In this document: one piece after another, positions 20,409 to 29,334 of the stretch
Layout: each line of letters begins with the position of its first letter
Numbering within the stretch: position 1 is the first letter of the stretch
Assembly: GCA_002292285.1 (NCBI GenBank)
Contig: DBBP01000027.1
Coordinates: 260,472-324,471 of the forward strand
Length of the DNA stretch: 64,000 bases
DNA from: Proteobacteria bacterium UBA981
Lineage (GTDB): Bacteria; Pseudomonadota; Gammaproteobacteria; Ga0077536
Direction of reading: 5' to 3'
Notes under the pieces: generated by a model
What the model saw: only the letters and a program-made list of their open reading frames with translations
Told to the model about the DNA's origin: nothing
The model's database searches: none
Translations under genes and position numbers: made by a program

Positions 20409-20812
20409 TCTTCGAAATCGGCCAGCCCGTTGGTAATCAGCGTTTGCGACAGCTCCAGCACATCAAAGCCAACCAGTGTGTCTTTACCGATATGGATGAT
20501 AGGAATCACTTTCACTGGCGTTTGAGAGAATCGGCGCCGACCCTCGTCGGTCGTCTCGATATCGTATTCGCAGTGGGCGATTTCCCGCTGCTGAAGAAAT
20601 TCGCGTGCGCGACGACAGTACCCGCACCACGACGCTGAAAGCATCACGACCGTGTCGGCTTGCGGCGCAAAATCGACATCGCACATCACGGGTCGCACAG
20701 AAGCCGGCGAGCGCACGATGAGGACCAGCGCCCAGGTACATACGATGACGGCGAGGACGGCACCCGGTTTGCGGAACCACGGCACGCGCAGTTCGCTGCG
20801 CGACTCAGACAC
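20375..20812 (-). CDS. Membrane-anchored glutaredoxin-family protein
   Basis: TM helix (AVLAVIVCTWALVLIV) then a Grx fold with CGYC active site; GTG start at 20812 chosen to avoid long overlap with the upstream gene; 3' end overlaps the trmB-like 3' end by 34 bp. Confidence 0.5.
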   Translation of the reverse strand: MSESRSELRVPWFRKPGAVLAVIVCTWALVLIVRSPASVRPVMCDVDFAPQADTVVMLSASWCGYCRRAREFLQQREIAHCEYDIETTDEGRRRFSQTPVKVIPIIHIGKDTLVGFDVLELSQTLITNGLADFEDYDRLTEAQTR

Positions 20813-21134
20813 CGTAATCCCACTCGCAATCTTGCAGTCGAATGTGGCCCGAGGCGTCGGCCTGCACGCCTTCGAGCGCGAGACGTTCGTACTGCTCGTT
20901 AACGCGCCCGTCACGGCCACGCGGACTCACCTTACCCTGGGCGTTAATCACCCGATGCCAGGGAATATCATTGCCCGGCTTAAGCGCGGCCAGTGCGTAA
21001 CCGACCTGGCGAGGGCCGGTCGAGCCTTCGATCTGCGCCAATGATGCGATCTGTCGGTAGGTCGCAACCCGACCCATGGGGATACACGAGACGATTTCCC
21101 AGACGCGTTGATTGCGACCCGCTCCGCCAGCCAT
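20805..21134 (-). CDS. Alkyltransferase-like (ATL) protein, MGMT DNA-binding domain with Trp in place of the active-site Cys
   Basis: Motif …NDIPWHRVINAQG… where canonical Ogt/Ada has PCHRV. Confidence 0.75.
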   Translation of the reverse strand: MAGGAGRNQRVWEIVSCIPMGRVATYRQIASLAQIEGSTGPRQVGYALAALKPGNDIPWHRVINAQGKVSPRGRDGRVNEQYERLALEGVQADASGHIRLQDCEWDYGV

Positions 21135-21446
21135 TACGCCACCGCTCGTCGCACATTGCTCGAACGCTGCGCACCAGGCCGGTCCATGACAAATGAATAA
21201 ATGTCCATAGTGGAACTAAGCATAGTTCACTTGCGCGGGGCACGGGGTATGCGCAGTTGGCGGTGTTCTCAACCTTGTTCGATCTCGACTACGCGCAGCA
21301 GTGGGGTGGTTACGATGCGCATGCCTCGACCCGGCAAATCCATTGTGTGCAGGCGAATCAGGGTCCTGTCGCTATCCGTCCAGCCTGCCACGATATTCGT
21401 CATCAAGCTGAGATTGTCACTGGCACTTCACCACAACCAACTCGCG

Positions 21447-21905
21447 CTAGCTGGATGGTGCCGGAACATCAGCAGAAAACCTCGGCAGGCTGTCACTAAT
21501 CTGATACCACGATGCCGCCGAAGCACAGTAACAATGAAAACTGTCGGCGACGTCCAGTGGATCGTCGAACAGGCCAGCCGCGATTCGAATGAGTTCCGGT
21601 GCATGGCTAGCCGCATAACTCAATTTGCTCCCGCACACGCGACAAAAATGTCGTTCGTGATCGGGCGACGATGCGAAACGTTCGATAAGCTCGGCGCCGG
21701 CGCTGATGTGCAGGTCAGCCCTCGCGATTTGTGCGTAGCTCGAAAACGCTGTGCCGTGCTGGCGGCGACACATAGAACAGTGGCAGTGCCGAATTGACTG
21801 CACGGGCCCGGTAATCTCAAAGCGAATTGCGCCGCACAGGCAACTGGCTTTGAAACACTCAGCTGCTGCGTTCGTAGCTGCTATCCAGAGTCGTGAGCCA
21901 GGCAT
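21447..21905 (-). CDS. GFA (glutathione-dependent formaldehyde-activating / CENP-V) family protein
   Basis: Cys pattern SCLCG…CHCSMCRR…CRVCG…CYC typical of the GFA zinc site; start uncertain (Met at 21905 chosen; the longer ORF overlaps the upstream gene). Confidence 0.55.
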   Translation of the reverse strand: MPGSRLWIAATNAAAECFKASCLCGAIRFEITGPVQSIRHCHCSMCRRQHGTAFSSYAQIARADLHISAGAELIERFASSPDHERHFCRVCGSKLSYAASHAPELIRIAAGLFDDPLDVADSFHCYCASAASWYQISDSLPRFSADVPAPSS

Positions 21906-22236
21906 CCCAACGTGTGCCATCGGACGGGAATTTGGGATGATCAAAACGTGTGGCGAGAAAGTAGCCGTCGGGTAGCGCGTAGGCCACGGCAGCGACAAAT
22001 ATCAGGCCGGCTTTGTAGGCATCGCGCTGATCGTCGGTGACATGCTTTTCGGCGTCAGACGACCATAAACCTGCAGCTCGCAGCAGTTCCATTTGCTTAC
22101 CCACCTCACGAGCGCCGCGCATTGTAGCCAGGTAGAGGCTACCGTTGGCCTGGTCACCACCATCGAACGTCAGTTCGTAATGGTCAACAATGCTGGCGGT
22201 GGTAAACGGTTGCGGTATCTCCATCATCGAACTCAT
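21859..22236 (-). CDS. Hypothetical protein
   Basis: ORF with plausible protein-like composition; no family recognised; start uncertain. Confidence 0.35.
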   Translation of the reverse strand: MSSMMEIPQPFTTASIVDHYELTFDGGDQANGSLYLATMRGAREVGKQMELLRAAGLWSSDAEKHVTDDQRDAYKAGLIFVAAVAYALPDGYFLATRFDHPKFPSDGTRWDAWLTTLDSSYERSS

Positions 22237-22413
22237 CCTTAGTCTGCGCCTGCGCGCGATTGAGGCCACGCAGAGTACTGATAAAAAATCTCAAGCCACA
22301 GCACGCGAAATTGAGATTCGTCACAACGTACCTACCAACAATCGGTCACATCCACGGGCGCGCCGAATGGTGAGGCGCTAACGCGAACTGCCCTCCTGTT
22401 TGATCGTGGACGG

Positions 22414-22707
22414 TCAGGCTTTGAGCTCAAGCTCAACGAATGCGAACTCAAAATTGTTAGCGTTAATTACATTATGCTCTACGCCTTGCGAACGATTGTA
22501 CGATTGGCCGACCTTCAGATCGGCCGTAATATCGCCATCGCTGGTCTCTAGCAGCAGCTGCCCGTCACTTATCGGAACAACAACATAGTCATGAGCGTGC
22601 CGATGCCATCCCGTTTCCGCACCCGCAGCAAAACGCCATTCCGTCACGATGACCCGCTCGGTCTCGATTTGCCTGGTCGCTATTGCTGAAGGTCGAGAGT
22701 TGCTCAT
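22414..22707 (-). CDS. Cupin-domain protein
   Basis: Small single-domain cupin_2-like sequence (…GWHRHAHDYVVVPISDG…). Confidence 0.65.
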   Translation of the reverse strand: MSNSRPSAIATRQIETERVIVTEWRFAAGAETGWHRHAHDYVVVPISDGQLLLETSDGDITADLKVGQSYNRSQGVEHNVINANNFEFAFVELELKA

Positions 22708-22810
22708 CGCCGTCTGCCCGTGGTGCCGCTAGGGGACATTGATTATCCAGTTTCTCGGCACATTTTCATTCACGCGTCGCGTAGAGCTGATTCGACTCGG
22801 CCATAGTCAC

Positions 22811-23311
22811 TCAGTTCAGCGACGGTCGATTGAGTTCAATAATGGTTGTGTAGCCAGCGCTGTCCCACTCCCCGCTTGCGCGACGAATCGAGATATTCGG
22901 ATACTTGTAGTAGTCCCGTTTCCACAAAAAATCCTCGATCGAGGCTTTGATAAATAGCAAGTCACGTTCCGAGCGATACTGTACAAAGGTATCCAGATTG
23001 GATGCGTACCACGCGGCGACCTGCGTCTCATCATCAACCGTAGCCAGGACCAGGCTGCCGAGATCCTGCCAGCCATCGCGACGTACACACAAAGGCTTGA
23101 CGCGGCCCCAGTTGAGTCCGATTGCCACGGCAGCGGGATAAACCGGCATCGTCACCTCATCCGAGGCGGGCAGGCAGCGCGAACGCCGTAAATGCTGCAG
23201 CTTGATCTTCATCGGTTTCGACAAGCCGGCCAGTGGCGCCCACTGCAGTTGCGGTGCAGCTTGCAGCACTACGATGAAGGCGAAGAATAACAACATTGCG
23301 CGCCACCACAT
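22811..23311 (-). CDS. Hypothetical secreted protein
   Basis: GGAGAA RBS before the ATG at 23311; signal-peptide-like N-terminus MWWRAMLLFFAFIVVLQAAP; no family recognised. Confidence 0.5.
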   Translation of the reverse strand: MWWRAMLLFFAFIVVLQAAPQLQWAPLAGLSKPMKIKLQHLRRSRCLPASDEVTMPVYPAAVAIGLNWGRVKPLCVRRDGWQDLGSLVLATVDDETQVAAWYASNLDTFVQYRSERDLLFIKASIEDFLWKRDYYKYPNISIRRASGEWDSAGYTTIIELNRPSLN

Positions 23312-23501
23312 GAGGTTAGATTCTCCGCGACGACAGTAACGGTACGGAATTAGAATTTGCTGACATGAGCGTGTGTTTATGAGGCGTGTCTGATGCGCAC
23401 ATCGGCTGTCGGAAGTGCCGTGCGGAGCGCGCGCGGACACAATCCATGTGCGGGTACTTCGGCGTCGGGCGTGGGTTCAGTCGCTCGCGGCAAGTGAGTC
23501 G

Positions 23502-24560
23502 CTATCCGAAGTTAATTTTCGCCTCAAGATTCGTCCTCGAATCGGCATTGCTGAGCGCTTCTTCGAGCGAGATACGTTCTTCCTTGAACAAGGTATGCAG
23601 CGCCATATCAAAGGTCTGCATGCCGCGCGTACCACTGCCCTCCATCGCTTCCTTCAGTTCATGAAGCTCGCCCTTGAGGATCAAGTCCGCAATGTGCGGC
23701 GTGTTGATCAACACCTCGATGGCGGCGACGCGCTTACCGTCCGCCGATTTAACCAGGCGCTGGGACACAACCGCGCGGATGTTCAGGGATAAATCCATGA
23801 ACAACTGTTTGTGTAAATCTTGTGGAAACAGGTTAATGACGCGCTCCATAGCCTGATTCGCATTGTTTGCGTGGAGCGTCGAAATCGCCAGGTGCCCAGT
23901 GTTGGCGAGCTCAAGAGCCGCCTCCATCGTCTCGCGCTCACGAATCTCACCGACCAGAATCACGTCGGGTGCCTCACGCATGGCCGCTTTGAGCGCATTG
24001 CGATAGCTCAGCGTATCGACGCCAACTTCGCGCTGATTCACGATGGACTTCAGATTCGGGTGGGAAAATTCGACCGGGTCCTCGATGGTCAGGATGTGTC
24101 CGGTCATGCTCTTGTTGCGCTGATTGAGCATCGCAGCGAGCGTTGTCGATTTACCCGAGCCGGTAGCACCTACCATCAGGATCAGGCCGCGCTTGTTCAT
24201 TATCTGCTCAGAGAGAATATCGGGTAGACCGAGCTGTTCAATGGTCGGAATCTCAGCAGGAATGCGCCGTAGCACCATGCTGACTTCACCGCGCTGGCGA
24301 AAAATATTGACGCGAAAACGTGCCGATTTGTCCGCCAGTGCGATGGCGAAATCACATTCCAGGGTTTCCTCGAAACCCTTTATCTGGTGGTCATTCATGA
24401 TGCCGTAGGCTGCTGCCTTAACCAGATCGCCAGTCAATTCAGTTTTGCCGACCGAATTGATAGTCCCTTCGATCTTGATCTTGACTGGTGCGCCGACGGT
24501 GAAAAACAAATCGGAACCGCTTTTGTCTCGCAGTAGATTGAGGTAGGGCGTGATATCCAT
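23502..24560 (-). CDS. PilT/PilU-family type IV pilus retraction ATPase, third tandem paralog (PilU-like)
   Basis: Walker A GATGSGKST, Asp/His boxes, PilU-like C-terminus (…GKRVAAIEVLINTPHIADLILKG…) without the PilT AIRNLIRE motif. Confidence 0.85.
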   Translation of the reverse strand: MDITPYLNLLRDKSGSDLFFTVGAPVKIKIEGTINSVGKTELTGDLVKAAAYGIMNDHQIKGFEETLECDFAIALADKSARFRVNIFRQRGEVSMVLRRIPAEIPTIEQLGLPDILSEQIMNKRGLILMVGATGSGKSTTLAAMLNQRNKSMTGHILTIEDPVEFSHPNLKSIVNQREVGVDTLSYRNALKAAMREAPDVILVGEIRERETMEAALELANTGHLAISTLHANNANQAMERVINLFPQDLHKQLFMDLSLNIRAVVSQRLVKSADGKRVAAIEVLINTPHIADLILKGELHELKEAMEGSGTRGMQTFDMALHTLFKEERISLEEALSNADSRTNLEAKINFG

Positions 24561-24587
24561 TCTTTTTCCTGGCGCTGTGCTAAAAAG

Positions 24588-25754
24588 CTAGCGCAGCATA
24601 CCTGATTCTTCCTCTTCTTCTTCGAGCGACAAACCGCCTGCCTCGTCCAGTATGTTGCGCCCTTTGGCCGCTTTTCCTTCGAGCTTAATGCGTAAACGCA
24701 ACTCGTTTTGCGAGTCCGCATTGCGCATTGCGTCATCCATCGAAATGGCGTCGGCTTCATACAAATCGAACAGCGACTGGTCGAATGTTTTCATGCCCAT
24801 TTCGTTCGACTTCGACATGATCTCCTTAATACCGTGCACCTCGCCTTTCAATATGAGGTCAGAGATCAGTGGTGAATTGAGCAGAATCTCAATGGCGGCG
24901 GCGCGCCCTTTGCCATCGGTCTTTTTCAACAAACGCTGGGAAATCACGGCGCGCAGGTTGAGCGACAAATCCATTAGCAACTGAGTACGACGCTCTTCCG
25001 GGAAAAAGTTAATGATGCGATCAAGCGCCTGGTTAGAGCTGTTCGCGTGCAGTGTAGCCACGGCGAGATGGCCGGTTTCAGCAAAAGCGATTCCGAATTC
25101 CATGGTCTCGCGATCGCGAATCTCGCCGAGCAAAATCACATCAGGCGCTTGGCGCAACGTATTCTTCAATGCGATGTCCCAGTCGTCCGTATCGACGCCC
25201 ACTTCGCGCTGCATGATGATGCAATTTTTGTGGGGGTGGACGTACTCGATCGGATCTTCGATGGTAATGATGTGGCCGTAGGAGTTTGCGTTGCGGTGAT
25301 CAATCATGGCCGCCAACGAGGTCGATTTCCCTGAGCCGGTACCGCCGACCATAATAACGAGACCACGTTTAGCGCTGATGATTTCTTTCAGTACTTCCGG
25401 CAGTCCGAGTTTATCGAGGTTCGGCACTTCGGTTTCGATCACACGCAGTACCAGACCACAGGCACCTTGCTGAATATAAGCATTGCAACGGAAGCGACCG
25501 ATGCCGGCCGGGGCGATGGCGAAGTTACATTCCTTCGTCGCCTCGTATTCCTTAATTTGGCGATCGTTCATGATCGCGTAAGCGAGCGCCTTGGTGTTGT
25601 CGCCGCTGAGTTTGGTTTTGGAAACCGGCGTGACTTTACCGTCGAGCTTCATCGCCGGTGGAAAGTCCTTGGTGATAAACATGTCCGAACCCTTTTTCTC
25701 AACGATCAGGGTTAACAGATCCCGCATGTATTTAATCGCTTGTTCGCGTTCCAT
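24588..25754 (-). CDS. pilU: Type IV pilus ATPase PilU
   Basis: Near full-length match to PilU (GGTGSGKSTSLAAMI…KGRAAAIEILLNSPLISDLILKG…LRLRIKL). Confidence 0.9.
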   Translation of the reverse strand: MEREQAIKYMRDLLTLIVEKKGSDMFITKDFPPAMKLDGKVTPVSKTKLSGDNTKALAYAIMNDRQIKEYEATKECNFAIAPAGIGRFRCNAYIQQGACGLVLRVIETEVPNLDKLGLPEVLKEIISAKRGLVIMVGGTGSGKSTSLAAMIDHRNANSYGHIITIEDPIEYVHPHKNCIIMQREVGVDTDDWDIALKNTLRQAPDVILLGEIRDRETMEFGIAFAETGHLAVATLHANSSNQALDRIINFFPEERRTQLLMDLSLNLRAVISQRLLKKTDGKGRAAAIEILLNSPLISDLILKGEVHGIKEIMSKSNEMGMKTFDQSLFDLYEADAISMDDAMRNADSQNELRLRIKLEGKAAKGRNILDEAGGLSLEEEEEESGMLR

Positions 25755-25808
25755 CTCGCACCTCCGGTTCAGCTCGATATTTTGCTGCGGTCTAAATCTA
25801 AAACGGAC

Positions 25809-26843
25809 CTAGAAGTTGTCTTTATTCGCTGCCTTGAGGCGCGCCTCGTTGCGAGTCACCAAATTCTTGTCGATCATTTGCTGCAGATTCTGGTCGAGGG
25901 TCTGCATGCCGTACTGTTGGCCAGTCTGAATCGCGGAATACATTTGGGCGATTTTATTCTCGCGAATCAGATTTCGAATTGCCGGTGTCCCGAGCATGAT
26001 CTCGTGGGCAGCAATACGGCCGCCGCCAACCTTTTTCATCAGTGTTTGAGAAATAACCGCACGCAGAGATTCCGACAGCATCGCGCGCACCATGTCTTTT
26101 TCTTCAGCGGGAAAGACGTCGACGACGCGATCGATGGTCTTTGCGGCTGAGCTGGTGTGCAGAGTACCGAATACCAAGTGACCCGTTTCGGCCGCGGAAA
26201 GCGCGAGGCGAATGGTCTCCAGATCGCGCATTTCACCGACCAGAATCACGTCCGGGTCTTCGCGCAAGGCGGAGCGTAGCGCCTCGTTGAAACCGAGCGT
26301 ATCGCGGTGCACCTCGCGCTGGTTCATCAGGCATTTCTTACTTTGGTGAACGAACTCAATCGGGTCCTCAATCGTGAGGATGTGGCCATATTCCGTCTCG
26401 TTCTTGTGATTGACCATAGCCGCTAGGGTGGTAGATTTGCCGGAACCCGTCGGCCCGGTTACGAGCACGACCCCACGCGGAATATCAGCGATTTCCTTGA
26501 AAATTTCTGGGGCCTTTAAGTCTTCCAGGCTCAGAATCTCAGATGGAATCGTCCGGAACACGGCACCTGCACCGCGATTCTGGTTAAAGGCGTTGACCCG
26601 GAAGCGAGCCAGCCCGGGAATCTCGAACGAGAAATCACATTCAAGAAATTCCTCATAATCCTTTTGCTGCTTGTCGTTCATGATGTCGTAGACCAGATCA
26701 TGAACGGTGGTGTGGTCCATCGCTGGGACATTAATACGGCGCACGTCGCCGTCCACCCGGATCATCGGTGGCAAGCCAGCCGACAAATGCATATCCGAGG
26801 CACCGTTCTTCACGCCAAACGCAAGTAGCTCACCGATATCCAT
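25809..26843 (-). CDS. pilT: Twitching motility ATPase PilT
   Basis: 344 aa, collinear with PilT including …GTPAIRNLIRENK…. Confidence 0.9.
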   Translation of the reverse strand: MDIGELLAFGVKNGASDMHLSAGLPPMIRVDGDVRRINVPAMDHTTVHDLVYDIMNDKQQKDYEEFLECDFSFEIPGLARFRVNAFNQNRGAGAVFRTIPSEILSLEDLKAPEIFKEIADIPRGVVLVTGPTGSGKSTTLAAMVNHKNETEYGHILTIEDPIEFVHQSKKCLMNQREVHRDTLGFNEALRSALREDPDVILVGEMRDLETIRLALSAAETGHLVFGTLHTSSAAKTIDRVVDVFPAEEKDMVRAMLSESLRAVISQTLMKKVGGGRIAAHEIMLGTPAIRNLIRENKIAQMYSAIQTGQQYGMQTLDQNLQQMIDKNLVTRNEARLKAANKDNF

Positions 26844-27025
26844 AACCTTTTCTCAAGACAACTGATAAATTCATGCGATTCGGAAGCGGCACCGAGCACA
26901 GTTTGCAGGCTTGGGCTTGCCAGTATTAGTCTGGGGCAATAGCCTGCGATAACACCGGAAACTTTACCAAGAACCGTCCTTACATACCATGTACCAACTG
27001 ACCCTGTACGCGTTGCCCTCGAGCC

Positions 27026-27709
27026 GTGACTGATATCGCTGAGAACCTGAGTGTCCTGAAACAGGACATCCGCACCCGTGAGCTGGAGTACGGTCGTGCG
27101 GCGAACAGCGTTCGCCTGCTGGCGGTCAGTAAACGCCAGCCCGCCAGTGCGATTCGCGACGCCTGGGAGGCTGGCCAGCGTGCCTTCGGTGAAAATTTCC
27201 TCCAGGAGGCGCTGGACAAACGGCGCGAGCTCGCCGAGCTTGATATCGAGTGGCATTTCATTGGCTCGATACAAAGCAATAAAACTGCCGACATCGCGCG
27301 CGCCTTCGATTGGGTCCATACCGTCGACCGCGTCCGCATCGCCGAACGCCTTAACCGGCAACGACCGGCTGAACTTGCACCATTAAACGTGCTGATTCAG
27401 GTCAACATCAGCCGCGAGACGACCAAGAGCGGGATTGCGCCCGAGTCGCTGGGTGAGCTCGTGCACGAAATATCCGCACTGCCTCGTCTGAACCTGGTCG
27501 GATTGATGGCCATGCCGGCCCAGGTCGACGGACTCGCCGGGCAACGTGCGCCGTTTGCGCAAGTCGCTGCCCTCGCGCGCAACTGCCAGTCGGCACTTGA
27601 GACCTTGTCCATGGGCACTTCGCTGGATTATGTCGCTGCGATTGCCGAGGGTGCCTCGCTGATTAGGCTCGGCACGGCGGTTTTCGGTCCGCGCGTCCAG
27701 GGGGCGTGA
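27026..27709 (+). CDS. yggS: YggS-family pyridoxal-phosphate homeostasis protein
   Basis: GTG start; …LLAVSKRQPASAIRDAWEAGQRAFGENFLQE…; divergent from pilT as in Pseudomonas. Confidence 0.85.
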   Translation: MTDIAENLSVLKQDIRTRELEYGRAANSVRLLAVSKRQPASAIRDAWEAGQRAFGENFLQEALDKRRELAELDIEWHFIGSIQSNKTADIARAFDWVHTVDRVRIAERLNRQRPAELAPLNVLIQVNISRETTKSGIAPESLGELVHEISALPRLNLVGLMAMPAQVDGLAGQRAPFAQVAALARNCQSALETLSMGTSLDYVAAIAEGASLIRLGTAVFGPRVQGA

Positions 27710-27743
27710 TAAAATCGCCGCCCATTCGAACGATACACTCGCT

Positions 27744-28562
27744 ATGCAGCCCACTTTCGCATTTATCGGTGGCGGCAACATGGGCCGCGCCCTGATCGGA
27801 GGTCTGCTGCAGGCAGGACATGCGGCGAGCAAGATTCGTGTGGCGGATGCGTTCGCGCCATCGCGCGAACAATGTCGTGAACTGTTTTCCGTTCAGGTGT
27901 ACGAACAGAATCTGGACGCGGTAGTCGACGCGGACGTGGTGGTATTCGCAGTTAAACCGCAACAATTGCGCGATGTTGCCGGGCAATTGGCAGACACGGC
28001 GAGCGACTCTGTCCTCTATCTGTCGATCGCAGCGGGTATCACCATCGAACATTTGCAGCGCTGGCTGGGGCCCACACGTTCGATAGTTCGCTGCATGCCG
28101 AATACACCGGCGCTGGTCGGCAGTGGCGCGGCAGCACTGTGCGCGAACGCTCGCGTTAGTTCGCCGCAACGCGCATTAGCCGATAGTCTGTTGGGCGCGG
28201 TTGGTAGTGCCCAGTGGCTGGAAGATGAAGGCCTCATGGACGCCGTAACTGCGGTGTCCGGTAGTGGGCCGGCTTATTTTTTCCTATTTATAGAACTGAT
28301 AGAGAAAATTGCCGGCGAGCTTGGACTACCGCAGACCTTAGCTCGCTCACTGGCTATAGACACCGCATTGGGTGCGTCGCGGCTGGCGCACAGCTCCGAG
28401 CAGGCGCCGGCCCAGCTACGCGAACAAGTCACTTCCGCCGGCGGCACGACTGCCAGCGCATTGGCCGTATTTGAACAACGCGGCCTCGAAGACCTTGTCC
28501 GCGAGGCCTTGACCGCGGCTCGTGATCGCTCGATCGCGTTAGCCCGTCAGGTCGAATCGTAA
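27744..28562 (+). CDS. proC: Pyrroline-5-carboxylate reductase
   Basis: N-terminal FIGGGNMG Rossmann motif and ProC-wide similarity. Confidence 0.9.
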   Translation: MQPTFAFIGGGNMGRALIGGLLQAGHAASKIRVADAFAPSREQCRELFSVQVYEQNLDAVVDADVVVFAVKPQQLRDVAGQLADTASDSVLYLSIAAGITIEHLQRWLGPTRSIVRCMPNTPALVGSGAAALCANARVSSPQRALADSLLGAVGSAQWLEDEGLMDAVTAVSGSGPAYFFLFIELIEKIAGELGLPQTLARSLAIDTALGASRLAHSSEQAPAQLREQVTSAGGTTASALAVFEQRGLEDLVREALTAARDRSIALARQVES

Positions 28563-29137
28563 TGGGCGGGGGCTATGTCTCGAATGCCGGCGTCTTCCTG
28601 ATCGATTTCGTTTTCGGCCTGTACATCTTCGCGGTCCTGCTGCGTTTGCTGCTGCAACTCGTACGCGCGGATTTTTATAATCCCTTGTGTCAGGCAATTG
28701 TCACCATCACAAACCCGCCACTGATACCGATGCGACGGGTGATCCCATCCATCGCTGGCATCGATACCTCGTCCATCATCCTGTTGCTGGCGCTGCAGAT
28801 GATGAATACGGGCGCAGTCGCCATGATCGTGGGCGCAAGTCCTAACGCGCCGGCATTACTGACGATTGCAGCTGCCGAATTGCTCAGTAAAGTTGTCTGG
28901 ACCTACATTGGTGCGATTATTATCCAGATCGTCATGAGTTGGGTCGGGCAGGGCGTATACAACCCGATCATCTCCCTGATTCATGCCCTGACTGAGCCAT
29001 TGCTCCGACCAGCGCGCCGCGCCATTCCGTCTCTAGGCGGTCTCGATCTGTCACCAATGCTCGTGATTGTCGGTTTGCAGTTGTCTTTGATGCTCGTCGT
29101 ACAACCACTGCGGGATCTCGGTCTGTCGTTCCTGTGA
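28562..29137 (+). CDS. yggT: YggT-family membrane protein
   Basis: Multi-TM YGGT repeat protein immediately after proC. Confidence 0.8.
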   Translation: MGGGYVSNAGVFLIDFVFGLYIFAVLLRLLLQLVRADFYNPLCQAIVTITNPPLIPMRRVIPSIAGIDTSSIILLLALQMMNTGAVAMIVGASPNAPALLTIAAAELLSKVVWTYIGAIIIQIVMSWVGQGVYNPIISLIHALTEPLLRPARRAIPSLGGLDLSPMLVIVGLQLSLMLVVQPLRDLGLSFL

Positions 29138-29334
29138 GAAGCTCGATGGGCAACAGCGGTGATCGTGCTTTAGTGACCGTTTCGTCGGCTCGCTCAAAAG
29201 CAGGTAGCAGCCTCCAAGCTGACTTGGTGAACCCGACAATGAGCCGCGTGAGCTGCGCGCAGGAGCCCCCGGTTTGCTCAGCCTCCTAAGTCTAATTAGA
29301 CTCTGCCCCCCAGCAATCAGGACCAACTCCGTCC

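Noticed and set aside
21201-21797. 198-aa plus-strand ORF
   Set aside because: It is antisense to the GFA-family gene, has Arg/Ser/Cys-rich low-complexity composition typical of GC-rich shadow ORFs, and has no RBS or recognisable family.
24652-25334. Several 80-110-aa plus-strand ORFs (24652..24984, 25012..25281, 25047..25334 and others)
   Set aside because: They lie entirely antisense within pilU, the same pattern as the shadow ORFs seen inside pilT, algC, gshB, ggt and coxA.
29138-29334. Possible SAM riboswitch in the yggT-metX spacer
   Set aside because: I could not see the SAM-I or SAM-II conserved cores, and gammaproteobacterial metX is usually protein-regulated. Only the palindrome reported above stands out.
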